From an uncultured Eubacteriales bacterium (GTDB lineage: Bacteria > Bacillota > Clostridia > Peptostreptococcales > Anaerovoracaceae), in NCBI GenBank assembly GCA_902787725.1, contig CADAHK010000015.1, forward strand, positions 1 to 38,269: DNA of 38,269 nt, in the 5' to 3' direction. Under the pieces are notes generated by a model, which saw only the letters and a list, made by a program, of their open reading frames with translations, was not told the DNA's origin and searched no databases. Shown piece by piece: positions 8,488-18,749 of the stretch. Each line of letters opens with the position of its first letter. Positions within the stretch are counted from its first letter, which is position 1. Made by a program: the position numbers and the translations under genes.

Positions 8488-9798
8488 ATGAAGAAGAAGC
8501 TGATTCTGATCGCCCTGACAGTTGTGCTGACTCTTGGAGTTGCGCTCGTGATTACAGGATGCGGCGGCAGCGACAGTGATGGTGGAAGTTCTGACGGAAC
8601 GACACTGACTCTGTGGACTCACAACAATGAGGACACTTGGAACGAGTCATATCAGAACATTGTCGATGCCTACATGGAGGAGAATCCTGACGTAACAGTC
8701 AACATCGAATCCTTCCCGTATGATGAGTTCGAATCAAAGGTTCAGACAGCGCTCATGTCAAACGAGGGCGGAGCTGACATCTACGAAATGTGGGGAGGCT
8801 GGGGCGTCGATTTCGCGCCGGCAGGAGTCCTGGCTCCACTTCCTGAGGAGATGCAGGCAGAAGTAAAAGACGAATGCTATCCTAACACTTACGGTGCGCT
8901 GGAAGCAGATGGCGTCATCTACGGCGTTCCGCAGGAGTTCAACATTGAGTGCGGCGGACTGATCGTTAACAACAATGTCATGAAGGATGCAGGCGTAGAA
9001 GTTCCGACTACATGGGACGAACTGAAAGCTGCAGCTGAGAAGGGCACTGTTAAAGACGGAAACAAGATCAAGGTCAAAGGCTTTGACTTCGTTAACTGGG
9101 ACGGCGTTATGTATCTGTGGACTTCCATGATTCTTTCACAGGGTGAAAATTACCTGAATGATGATGGAACAATCAACGTAACTTCAGACGCTGCCAAGAA
9201 GGCCTGGGATGAGCTGGCTTCAATGGCGTCCGGAGACACTGCTGTTACTAACCTGTCAGGTCTTGATGACGGAAGCGATATCGAAGGATATCAGGAACTA
9301 TACACAGGCGATGTAATGATGGTACCGCGCGGACCTTGGTGCCTGGCTGAAGGCGTTAATGACTTCGGTCTTGAGTATGGCAAAGACTTCAGCTATGAAG
9401 CAATGCCGTTCTATGGTCCTGAGAAAAAGTTTGCTGCTGAGACTGGCTGGTCAATGGCCGTCGCTGCAGGACTGGATGAAGCACAGGAAGCTGCAGCGTT
9501 TGACTTCCTCGAATACTTCTTCTCTGACGATGTAATCATGCAGCACAATCTGGCATGCGGACAGATTCCTGCAAAAGAAGCTGTTGCCCAGGATCCTGAG
9601 TATGTTAAGAACTTCCCATATGCTGAGCCGCTCGTAGGTATTCTCGACGGTGCTCAGTTCATCGGAAGCTTCAACACAGACGTATTCAAAGAATGCGTAA
9701 ACGAATCATTCAGTGCTTACTGCAAGGGTGAGGCAGGCACGACAGACGAATGCCTGGCTGCTCTCGAGAAGACGCTGAACAAGAAACTGTTTAAATAA
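8488..9798 (+). CDS. Carbohydrate ABC transporter substrate-binding lipoprotein
   Basis: Signal peptide with lipobox (ITGCGG), Ser/Gly linker, TLTLW, PTTWDEL; lies upstream of two permeases. Confidence 0.92.
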   Translation: MKKKLILIALTVVLTLGVALVITGCGGSDSDGGSSDGTTLTLWTHNNEDTWNESYQNIVDAYMEENPDVTVNIESFPYDEFESKVQTALMSNEGGADIYEMWGGWGVDFAPAGVLAPLPEEMQAEVKDECYPNTYGALEADGVIYGVPQEFNIECGGLIVNNNVMKDAGVEVPTTWDELKAAAEKGTVKDGNKIKVKGFDFVNWDGVMYLWTSMILSQGENYLNDDGTINVTSDAAKKAWDELASMASGDTAVTNLSGLDDGSDIEGYQELYTGDVMMVPRGPWCLAEGVNDFGLEYGKDFSYEAMPFYGPEKKFAAETGWSMAVAAGLDEAQEAAAFDFLEYFFSDDVIMQHNLACGQIPAKEAVAQDPEYVKNFPYAEPLVGILDGAQFIGSFNTDVFKECVNESFSAYCKGEAGTTDECLAALEKTLNKKLFK

Positions 9799-9809
9799 TT
9801 CACTGATTG

Positions 9810-9869
9810 ATGCGCGGGGGGCGTGATGCTCTCCGCGCATTGCAAGTCCCGGGAGACAGAACCCGGGAG
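9810..9869 (+). promoter_or_regulatory. Two intergenic stem-loops after the SBP gene, probably mRNA-stabilising
   Basis: TGCGCGGGGGGC-GTGAT-GCTCTCCGCGCA and TCCCGGG...CCCGGGA, with no U-tract. Confidence 0.5.
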
Positions 9870-9890
9870 CAGATACGGAAGGTGATCAAA

Positions 9891-10769
9891 TTGAAAACCA
9901 GCCGCAAGTTTTTACTGCTGATACTTATACCGATATTTATTGAAGCCCTTGTGTTCCTGATCATTCCGATACTGGGAACGCTTGGCATATCTTTTTTGAA
10001 TTACAATCCGCTGAATCATTCGGCGGACTTCGTTGGACTTGATAATTACAGAGAACTGCTTGACGATCCGGACGCTGTGAAGGCGTTCAAGAATACCATC
10101 GTATTCACGGTCGTGGCAGTTGCGCTTAACATAGTCATTTCCCTCGCTGTGGCAACGCTGATCAGCCAGATGAAGAGCAACAAGACAAGGAGCTTCTTCA
10201 GAATGATCGTGTTCCTGCCGTGCATGGCGCCCATGGTAGCCTCAGCGGTAGTATGGGGGAGAAGTATATTTAATACGAAAATCGGTCTCGTCAACCAGAT
10301 CATCGAAGCCTTCGGCGGGGAGGGGGTCGCCTGGACAGGAGACCCGCACTACGTAATGTTCTCCGTCATCGTCTTCACGCTCTGGGCCGACCTGGGATAC
10401 AACATCATCCTCTATTCGGCCGGAATCGACGGCATACCCGGAGAGGTATATGAAGCCGCGGAGCTCGATCACGCGGGCGGGTGGAACAAGTTCTTCCACA
10501 TCACGCTTCCTCTTCTGGGAAGGACCACGACCTTCGTTGTACTGATGACACTGATATCATACTTCCAGATGTTCGCTCAGTTCAGCGTCCTCCTGTTCAA
10601 GGACGGACCGCAGAACTCCGGCCTGGTACTCACAAGTTATATCTATGAGAATGCGTTCATATACAAGGAGATGGGATACGCGGCGGCGCTGTCTGTAGTG
10701 CTGTTCCTGCTCATACTCATCGTAAGTCTTGTTCAGCAGCGCATCAACAAGGTTGATTGGGAGTATTGA
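9891..10769 (+). CDS. Carbohydrate ABC transporter permease (MalF-like)
   Basis: FVGLDNY, EAA loop (YEAAELDHAG), HITLPLL, MGYAAALS. TTG start at 9891 after AAGGTGA. Confidence 0.92.
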   Translation: MKTSRKFLLLILIPIFIEALVFLIIPILGTLGISFLNYNPLNHSADFVGLDNYRELLDDPDAVKAFKNTIVFTVVAVALNIVISLAVATLISQMKSNKTRSFFRMIVFLPCMAPMVASAVVWGRSIFNTKIGLVNQIIEAFGGEGVAWTGDPHYVMFSVIVFTLWADLGYNIILYSAGIDGIPGEVYEAAELDHAGGWNKFFHITLPLLGRTTTFVVLMTLISYFQMFAQFSVLLFKDGPQNSGLVLTSYIYENAFIYKEMGYAAALSVVLFLLILIVSLVQQRINKVDWEY

Positions 10770-10770
10770 T

Positions 10771-11607
10771 ATGAAAGATTTCGCATACACAAGAGATTTC
10801 AAAAGCCGGGCTCTGATATTCGCCATACTTCTAGCGGTCTCCATCATCGTAGTCATCCCGTATGTGTGGATGCTCAGTAACTCTTTTAAGACTACGATCG
10901 AGACGCTGACAGACCCGATGCACATCATCCCGCAGGAGTTTACGCTCGACGGGTACATTAAAGTACTGACAAAGTCGCCGTTCTTCCACTGGCTCGGCAA
11001 CTCAGTATTCATCACATGTTTTAACACCATCGTGATTCTATTCACCAGCACTCTGGTGGGTTATCTGTTCGCAAGGTTCAGGTTCAAGGGCAGGGACTTC
11101 CTGTTCGCGATGCTCATGTTCACAATGATGGTTCCGGCGCAGGTAACGATGATCACGACATTCATCATCATCGATGACATCGGACTTTACAACTCAGTAT
11201 GGGCCCTGATCATCCCATCCTTCGTAAATGTATTCGGCATATACCTGTGCAAACAGTACTGCGAGGAAATACCTAGAGAGCTCATAGAAAGCGCCCGCAT
11301 CGACGGCGCGGGAGACTTCGCGATTTACTGGAGGATCGTAATTCCGCAGATTAGACCGGCCATCGGCGCTCTGGCAATATTCACATTCATGGAATACTGG
11401 AACGACTACCTCAATCCATTGATCTACCTCTCTTCGACAGAGAAGATGACATTGCCTCTGGCCCTGAGCTACTTCTCGACACAGCACACGACAGACCTGT
11501 CGGCGACAATGGCGGCGTCCGCCCTCATCATGATACCGGCAGCCGTTGTATTCATCATATTCCAGAAGCAGTTCATAAAGGGACTGTCAATGACCGGCAT
11601 GAAGTAA
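10771..11607 (+). CDS. Carbohydrate ABC transporter permease (MalG-like)
   Basis: NSFKT, ELIESARIDGA, WNDYLNP, FQKQFIKG. ATG at 10771. Confidence 0.92.
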   Translation: MKDFAYTRDFKSRALIFAILLAVSIIVVIPYVWMLSNSFKTTIETLTDPMHIIPQEFTLDGYIKVLTKSPFFHWLGNSVFITCFNTIVILFTSTLVGYLFARFRFKGRDFLFAMLMFTMMVPAQVTMITTFIIIDDIGLYNSVWALIIPSFVNVFGIYLCKQYCEEIPRELIESARIDGAGDFAIYWRIVIPQIRPAIGALAIFTFMEYWNDYLNPLIYLSSTEKMTLPLALSYFSTQHTTDLSATMAASALIMIPAAVVFIIFQKQFIKGLSMTGMK

Positions 11608-11635
11608 GGACCGCAAGAAGTAAGGAGAAAGACTA

Positions 11636-12793
11636 GTGATTTTTGGTTACAAGGATGAAGAATTAAATAAGAAGAACGCCATATTCACTGCAGAGGAAAT
11701 CGCTCAGCAGCCGGAAGTATGGGAGAAGACGATAAAGCAGGTGAAGGGCCTGCGCAAGCAGCTCAGTAGACTGGTTGAGGATGTTACATCTGAAGGTGAT
11801 TTCGATGTGATCCTCACAGGTGCCGGGACGAGCGAGTACGTCGGCAGATGCCTTTATCCGGCGGTGCTTCAAAAGCTGTCCGGCCGGGTTCACGCCGTAG
11901 GAACGACTGATATCGTTGCTTCACCTGAGCTGTTCATTTCGCCTGAGAGAAAGACTCTTCTGGTGTCCTTCGCGAGATCGGGCAACAGCCCGGAATCCGT
12001 AGGGGCAGTAAAGGCGGCGGACAGGATTTCCGACAAGGTAAAGCATCTGTTCATCACCTGCAATGAGGAAGGCGAGCTGGCTAAGCTGGCCGAAGAGAAG
12101 CCAAATTGCTTCAGCGTAGTTCTGGCGCCGGAGACAAACGACAGGAGCTTCGCGATGACAAGCAGCTTCACGAGCATGTATCTGGCAGCGCTTCTCATTC
12201 TTACGGGCAACTACGACATGGATTTATATGAATCAGTCAGCGCCGCGGAAAAATTCGTCACCAGAGGATACGGCGATCTGGCGGATTTCGTTATGAGAAA
12301 GGATTTCAGCCGCGTTGTCTATCTTGGCAGCGACGTGCTCAAGGGCATAGCCCAGGAGTCGGCCCTCAAGGTTCTGGAACTTACAGCAGGGCAGATGGCC
12401 GCGATATTCGACACGCCGATGGGATTCAGGCACGGGCCGAAATCAATAATCGACGATGATACAGTGTGCGTCGTCTTCATGTCAGATGAAGAGGGCACAA
12501 GAAGATACGAGATGGACGTTCTGAAGGAACTCTACAGGGACCGCAAAGGCAGCAGCCTGGTGGCTGTCACATCATCAGCTGATGATGAGGTCAGCGAAAA
12601 CTGCGATCTCGCCATCTCCATGGGATACAGGAGCAAGGAGCCGAACTGTGTTCTGGCGCCGGCTTTTGTAATGGTCGCCCAGACCATGGCCATGATGTAC
12701 TCGATCAAACTGGGCATTACGCCTGACAATCCTTGTCCTACAGGCGAGGTCAACAGGGTAGTGCAGGGCGTGACTATCTATGAGGAGGACTGA
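11636..12793 (+). CDS. agaS: AgaS-family double-SIS protein (galactosamine-6-P deaminase / tagatose-6-P-forming isomerase)
   Basis: TAEEIAQQP, LTGAGTS, SFARSGNSPES, FAMTSSFTSM, GFRHGPKS, PDNPCPTGEVNRVVQGV. Confidence 0.9.
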   Translation: MIFGYKDEELNKKNAIFTAEEIAQQPEVWEKTIKQVKGLRKQLSRLVEDVTSEGDFDVILTGAGTSEYVGRCLYPAVLQKLSGRVHAVGTTDIVASPELFISPERKTLLVSFARSGNSPESVGAVKAADRISDKVKHLFITCNEEGELAKLAEEKPNCFSVVLAPETNDRSFAMTSSFTSMYLAALLILTGNYDMDLYESVSAAEKFVTRGYGDLADFVMRKDFSRVVYLGSDVLKGIAQESALKVLELTAGQMAAIFDTPMGFRHGPKSIIDDDTVCVVFMSDEEGTRRYEMDVLKELYRDRKGSSLVAVTSSADDEVSENCDLAISMGYRSKEPNCVLAPAFVMVAQTMAMMYSIKLGITPDNPCPTGEVNRVVQGVTIYEED

Positions 12794-12797
12794 TGAA

Positions 12798-14126
12798 ATG
12801 GATGCGCATCACCTTCAGCAGTTAGTTTCAAAACAGAAAAAAGGAACACATGAGGGAATCTGCTCAGTTTGCAGCAGCAGTCCCTTCGTTATAGACGCGG
12901 CGATAATTCAGGCCGTCAGGACAGGTACGCCTGTGCTCATCGAAGCGACAGCAAACCAGGTGAACCAGATGGGCGGATACACCGGAATGAAGCCGGCGGA
13001 TTTCAAGGCGTACGTTCTAGAGCGCGCGGCGGAGCTCGGCCTTCCGGCGGATCGCGTGATTCTCGGCGGGGACCATCTCGGCCCTGTGGCGTGGCAAAAG
13101 CAGGACGCGGCAGAGGCGATGGATCTGGCTGAAGAACTTACCTATCAGTTTGCAAAGGCAGGCTTCACGAAGATTCACCTCGACGCCAGCATGCCTCTCG
13201 GCGATGAGGTCACTCTTACAACAGAGGAGATCGCTGACAGGACGGTAAGGCTTTGCATTGCCTCGGAAAAAGGCTTCAGCGAATACCGCGGCGAGGATGC
13301 CGGCGCAGCAGCGCCTGTGTACGTAATAGGCAGCGAGGTGCCGACGCCTGGCGGAAGCGGCGAAGAGGACGCTCTGAGCGTAACGAAACCAGAAGCCCTG
13401 AAGGAGATGCTTGAGTGCTTCGAAGAGAAGTTCGCTGCTGCGGGGCTCGACAAAGAAGGGCCGACGGGCGGAGGAAGTCCGTGGAGCCGGATAATCGCGG
13501 CTGTTGTTCAGCCGGGCGTGGAGTTCGGAAACGACAGCGTGCACGAATATGTACCTGAGGAAGCCGCAGTGCTGACAGAAGAAGCGGCTCAGATTCAGCA
13601 GATAGTACTTGAAGGCCATTCGACCGACTACCAGAAGGAGAGCAGCCTGAAGCACATGGTGGAAGACGGCATAGCGATTCTGAAGGTGGGACCTGCCCTG
13701 ACTTTTGCGGCAAGAGAAGCTCTGTACGCTCTGTCGATGATGGAAAATGAGCTGGCGGCGATCGGCGTATTGGATGCCGGCGAGGCGTCGGGATTCATGG
13801 ATGTGCTCGATGATGTGATGGTCAAGGATCCGTCGAGCTGGCAGGGCCACTACACCGCCGAAGAACCGGAGAGCACGCTGCTGAGAAAATACAGCTACAG
13901 CGACCGCAGCAGATACTACATGCATAGACCGGAAGTGAAGACAGCAATCAGTAAGCTGATGGGGAATCTGCGGGACAGAATTACGCTCCCGATGCTCAGC
14001 CAGTTCATGCCTGAGCAGTTCACACACGTGCGCGAGGGGCTGATTGAAGCGGAACCTGAGGCTCTGGTGAATGATAAAGTATGTGACGAACTGTCAAGAT
14101 ACTGGAGAGCCTGCGGGTTGATGTAA
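12798..14126 (+). CDS. gatZ: GatZ/KbaZ-family protein, putative tagatose-6-phosphate 4-epimerase
   Basis: SVCS, IEATANQVNQMGGYTGM, LGGDHLGP, KIHLDASM, GSEVPTPGG, VVQPGVEF, EGHSTDYQ, LKVGPALTF, YSYSDRSRYY. ATG at 12798 after GAGGAGG. Confidence 0.9.
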   Translation: MDAHHLQQLVSKQKKGTHEGICSVCSSSPFVIDAAIIQAVRTGTPVLIEATANQVNQMGGYTGMKPADFKAYVLERAAELGLPADRVILGGDHLGPVAWQKQDAAEAMDLAEELTYQFAKAGFTKIHLDASMPLGDEVTLTTEEIADRTVRLCIASEKGFSEYRGEDAGAAAPVYVIGSEVPTPGGSGEEDALSVTKPEALKEMLECFEEKFAAAGLDKEGPTGGGSPWSRIIAAVVQPGVEFGNDSVHEYVPEEAAVLTEEAAQIQQIVLEGHSTDYQKESSLKHMVEDGIAILKVGPALTFAAREALYALSMMENELAAIGVLDAGEASGFMDVLDDVMVKDPSSWQGHYTAEEPESTLLRKYSYSDRSRYYMHRPEVKTAISKLMGNLRDRITLPMLSQFMPEQFTHVREGLIEAEPEALVNDKVCDELSRYWRACGLM

Positions 14127-14157
14127 AGGCGGATTGATTGTCAAAAGGAGATTAGTT

Positions 14158-15530
14158 ATGAAAAAACTGATTCTTGCAGCTGTTGCGGCGGCGATGTGCT
14201 TTGCTTTTGCGGCCTGCGGGTCGGAAGAAGCCACGGAAGATAATGGGGCCGCGGAGGAGGAGCAGGCGATGGAGATACAGATACTGGCCGGCGAAAACAA
14301 CATATACGATGACGGAACATACGCCCCGATTGAAATCGACGCGTCCATGTCCGGCACGGAGGGTAATCCGACGGTAATCAAGGCTGCCGATGGAGCGGCG
14401 CCGGTCATAAAAGCCGCGCCGGGCAAGTTCCAGAGCGGAGAAAAAGATGAACTGCCTCCTAGCTACGGCATCCACATCGTAGACGCCCATGACATCATAA
14501 TAGAAGGACTTACTGTCGAGGGCGGAACCCACGGCATAATATACGAGAGCACGACTGAGCAGGGCGATGAGCCCCTTAAGAACATAACTATAAAGGACTG
14601 CAAAGTCAGCGGAGTTGTCGGACGTCGGTTCAGAACCTGACAGTGTCCGGATGCGAAGTGTCAGACTGCCTTTGCGGTGACAGTGAATCGCTGGTTCTCA
14701 ACGGCAACATCGACGGCTTCACGATTTCGGACAACAGGATCCATGACAACAACAACATCGGCATCGACATGATCGGATTCGAAGGCACGGCGGAGCACAT
14801 GGAAGCTGAGGATCCGGCGGATCTGTTCGAGGTGGACATGGCACGCAACGGCAAGTGCTTCGGAAATGTCGTATATAACATAAGCGCCGAAGGCAATCCT
14901 GCGTACTATGAGGACGGCGAGTATGACCTTTGCGCTGACGGCATCTACGTCGACGGCGGTCAGAACATCGAAATATACAACAACTTCGTCTACAGATGCG
15001 ACATCGGAATCGAGGTCGCGACCGAGCACAGTCCTGACGACAATCCGCTGTTCAGGGTGGCAGGCATCGACGTGCACGACAATGTGGTCGCGAACTGCGA
15101 GGGATGGTGCGGTCTCTGCTTCGGCGGATACGACAGGGATCTGGGATTCACCGAGGACTGTGAGTTCCACAACAACACCCTTGTTGATAACGGCACACAG
15201 ATCGGAGTACAGAGAAGCAAAGGCAACAAGATATATGACAATCTCCTCGTCGGAGAAGACTCGGCGATTGATTTCAATTATGATTGCAGAATCAAGGATC
15301 TGGTAAATGAATTCGGAAGAAACGTCTGGTGTTTCAAGGAAGGCGACCTTGAGGACAAGATGGATTCAGGAAGCTACGGCCTGTCGATACTCATCCCGGA
15401 AAACAGCATGAGCAAGCAGGAAGTTATCAATGACAGAAGTCAGGTTCTCGACGGACTCAAGTCAAAGATAGAAGGCGTCGGATCGTCATTCGTACCGGAT
15501 GAAGAAGAAATAGAACTGTGGGAACAGTAA
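14158..15530 (+). pseudogene. Right-handed parallel beta-helix lipoprotein, frameshifted near 14622-14627
   Basis: Part 1 (14158-14640) has a lipobox (FAACG) and GTEGNPTVIKA. Part 2 continues in another frame from VQNLTVSGC with beta-helix repeats (SESLVLNGN, IHDNNNIGID, ADGIYVDGG) and has no RBS of its own. Confidence 0.75.
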
Positions 15531-15542
15531 TGGAGGTTCAAA

Positions 15543-16632
<1,090 letters not shown>

Positions 16633-16658
16633 AATAAGAAATACACATGTAACCTACG

Positions 16659-16690
16659 CCGCCGCTATTTTATAGCGGCGGTTCTTTTGT
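16659..16690 (+). terminator. Intrinsic terminator of the sugar operon
   Basis: CCGCCGCTA-TTTTA-TAGCGGCGG followed by TTCTTTTGT. Confidence 0.85.
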
Positions 16691-16696
16691 TATAAT
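16688..16696 (+). promoter_or_regulatory. Extended -10 promoter for the MFS gene, probably leaderless
   Basis: TG-T-TATAAT ends 6 nt before ATG 16703; no Shine-Dalgarno sequence. Confidence 0.6.
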
Positions 16697-16702
16697 GCGC
16701 AT

Positions 16703-18067
16703 ATGACGAAGGAACAGAAAATCGCCCTGGCGGTGGCGACAGGAACATCGTTCGCAACAGCTTTTTCGGGAAGCGCGACGAACCTTGCCATACCGTCCAT
16801 GGGAACGTATTTTAATATGGGTGCCGCAAGCGTAGGCTGGATTACGACAGCTTACGTAATTGTAATTGCGGCGATGGCGGTACCATTCGGAAAGATTGCG
16901 GACAGCACCAGCAGAAAATACATGCTGGCAGCGGGGGTCGCTGTATTTGGCGTCGCTTCGGTTGCGGCGGTATTCATGGGATCAGCCGCGGGGATTCTCG
17001 CCATGCGCGCTGTCATGGGAATCGGCGCGGCCATGATCTTTGCGTCCAACATGCCCATCGCGATCAATGCTTTCCCCGGCAACGAAAGAGGCAAAGCAAT
17101 CGGCATCGTAACATCAGGCATCTACACAGGCCTCGCCATAGGCCCGGCGCTCGGCGGATTTCTGAACAACCTGTTCGGGTGGCAGGCGATTTTTCTATTT
17201 GGAGCCGCGATTGCTTTTGCTTCGATGATACTGACGCTGGCGGGAGTCGCTGATGACAGACAGCAAAGGGCAGGGGCGAAATTCGACCTCGGCGGCAACA
17301 TCACTTACATTCTGATGATCATGTGCCTGATTTACGGGCTGACAGCCCTGAACAGCGTTCGCTTCGGATGGGTATTTCTCCTGTGCGGCGTGTTGCTGGG
17401 AGTGCTGTTCGTGAAGATAGAGCTGAAATTTGAGAACCCTGTCATAGATGTGCGTATCTTCTCTGAAGACAGGGTCTTCACGCTGTCGAACCTGACGGCT
17501 CTGTTCAACTACAGCGCGACTTTCGCCCTGGGCTATTTTGTTTCGATTTATCTGCAGGTCGCGCAAGGGCTCAACTCGCAGACCGCGGGGCTTGTCATGA
17601 TGATGCAGCCTATCCTGATGGCGGTCTTTTCACCATGGACCGGCAGGATGTCTGACCGCGTTCCCGCCTATAAGCTGGCCTCATCAGGTATGGCAGTTTG
17701 CGCGCTCACGTTGCTGTTTTTTGCCTTTGCATATGTGGGAACGCCTATATGGGCCGTCTGCATCGCGCTGGCCGCTGCGGGATTCGGAATCGCGCTCTTC
17801 TCGTCCCCTAACACGAATGTGATCATGAGCTGCGTTCCGCCGCAGAAGTTCGCTGTTGCCAACTCAATCGTTTCGACCATGCGTACATCGGGGCAGACCA
17901 TCGGGATGGCGATAATCACGCTGGTCGTCAGCGGAACCATTGGCAACGTCTCTCTCTATGAAGTGCCTGCCGCGGACCTCATCCGCACAATGCACATCTG
18001 CTTTTTCATTTTCACCGGGCTATGCGTTCTGGGCATCTTCATGTCCATGCAGCGCAGAAAAGCGTAA
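16703..18067 (+). CDS. MFS transporter, DHA2/EmrB-like drug:H+ antiporter
   Basis: About 14 hydrophobic segments; WITTAY, FGKIADSTSRK (motif A-like), ERGKAIG, GPALGG, GRMSDR, FSSPNTN. Confidence 0.9.
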   Translation: MTKEQKIALAVATGTSFATAFSGSATNLAIPSMGTYFNMGAASVGWITTAYVIVIAAMAVPFGKIADSTSRKYMLAAGVAVFGVASVAAVFMGSAAGILAMRAVMGIGAAMIFASNMPIAINAFPGNERGKAIGIVTSGIYTGLAIGPALGGFLNNLFGWQAIFLFGAAIAFASMILTLAGVADDRQQRAGAKFDLGGNITYILMIMCLIYGLTALNSVRFGWVFLLCGVLLGVLFVKIELKFENPVIDVRIFSEDRVFTLSNLTALFNYSATFALGYFVSIYLQVAQGLNSQTAGLVMMMQPILMAVFSPWTGRMSDRVPAYKLASSGMAVCALTLLFFAFAYVGTPIWAVCIALAAAGFGIALFSSPNTNVIMSCVPPQKFAVANSIVSTMRTSGQTIGMAIITLVVSGTIGNVSLYEVPAADLIRTMHICFFIFTGLCVLGIFMSMQRRKA

Positions 18068-18107
18068 TAAAAAAGCCGGCTGTGAAAAAGCCGGCGGTGC
18101 CGGCCTT
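18067..18107 (-). terminator. Terminator region between the convergent MFS and cobO genes
   Basis: Three GCCGGC palindromes with A5 tracts (AAAAAGCCGGC twice), giving a hairpin plus U-tract on the minus strand. Confidence 0.65.
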
Positions 18108-18113
18108 CTGTAA

Positions 18114-18698
18114 TCAGTCTTCAATTCCCTTGCGGGCCTGAACGCCCTCGTTGTAATAGTGCTTGATCTCGCGCATCTCAGTCACCAGATCAGCGGCTTC
18201 GATTATCTCATCCGGCGCGTACCGTCCGGTGAGAATCAGCTCGGTGTGAGCAGGTTTGTTTCTCATGAGCTCCAGGACTTCGTTCTTGTCCAGCAGCCCG
18301 AAGTACATGGCGCAGTTTATCTCATCCAGCACGACCATGTCGAATTCTCCGGACATGACCATCTCTTTCGCTTCAGCAAAACCATCGCTGATCATTTTCA
18401 CGTAGTCCGCAGGCGGGTTATCTTCTTCAAAGACCACGCAGCTGTCGCCGTACTGGGCAAGGTCCTCTTCTGATATGCTGCCTTTCTTTGCGATGAAGAA
18501 CGGCTTGCCCAGGGTCTTCCACGTTACGCCGGGCAGGGTCGGCAGTATCTTCTGCTCGCTGTAACCCAGCGCCTTCATGAACTGCACGAACGCAATCTTC
18601 TTTCCGGCGCCCGATGCTCTCATTGTGATGCCGAGAGCCGCGGTCGTCTTGCCTTTGCCGTTGCCTGTGTAAACCTGTACATATCCTTTATCGCTCAT
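18114..18698 (-). CDS. cobO: Cob(I)yrinic acid a,c-diamide adenosyltransferase (CobO/BtuR)
   Basis: VQVYTGNGKGKTTAALG, QFMK, VVLDEI, LILTGR, ADLVTEM...KHYY..GVQARKGIE. Confidence 0.93.
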   Translation of the reverse strand: MSDKGYVQVYTGNGKGKTTAALGITMRASGAGKKIAFVQFMKALGYSEQKILPTLPGVTWKTLGKPFFIAKKGSISEEDLAQYGDSCVVFEEDNPPADYVKMISDGFAEAKEMVMSGEFDMVVLDEINCAMYFGLLDKNEVLELMRNKPAHTELILTGRYAPDEIIEAADLVTEMREIKHYYNEGVQARKGIED

Positions 18699-18720
18699 AA
18701 CGAAGCCTCCTCATGGCATT

Positions 18721-18749
18721 ATTATACTCTTAGGTCTTATTGCGGACAA
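18721..18749 (-). promoter_or_regulatory. sigma-A promoter for cobO; its -35 lies in the first repeat unit
   Basis: TTGTCC, 17 bp spacer, TATAAT on the minus strand, then GAGGAGG RBS. Confidence 0.6.

Noticed and set aside
13017-14027. 336-aa minus-strand ORF, and similar antisense ORFs at 23072-23851, 31099-31749 and 36639-37313
   Set aside because: They overlap well-supported genes on the opposite strand, as expected from GC-rich third codon positions.
14615-14645. Programmed ribosomal frameshifting at the beta-helix, msmK or lacI breaks
   Set aside because: No slippery heptamer at the junctions; msmK lacks conserved sequence and lacI has a block duplication, which indicates lesions.
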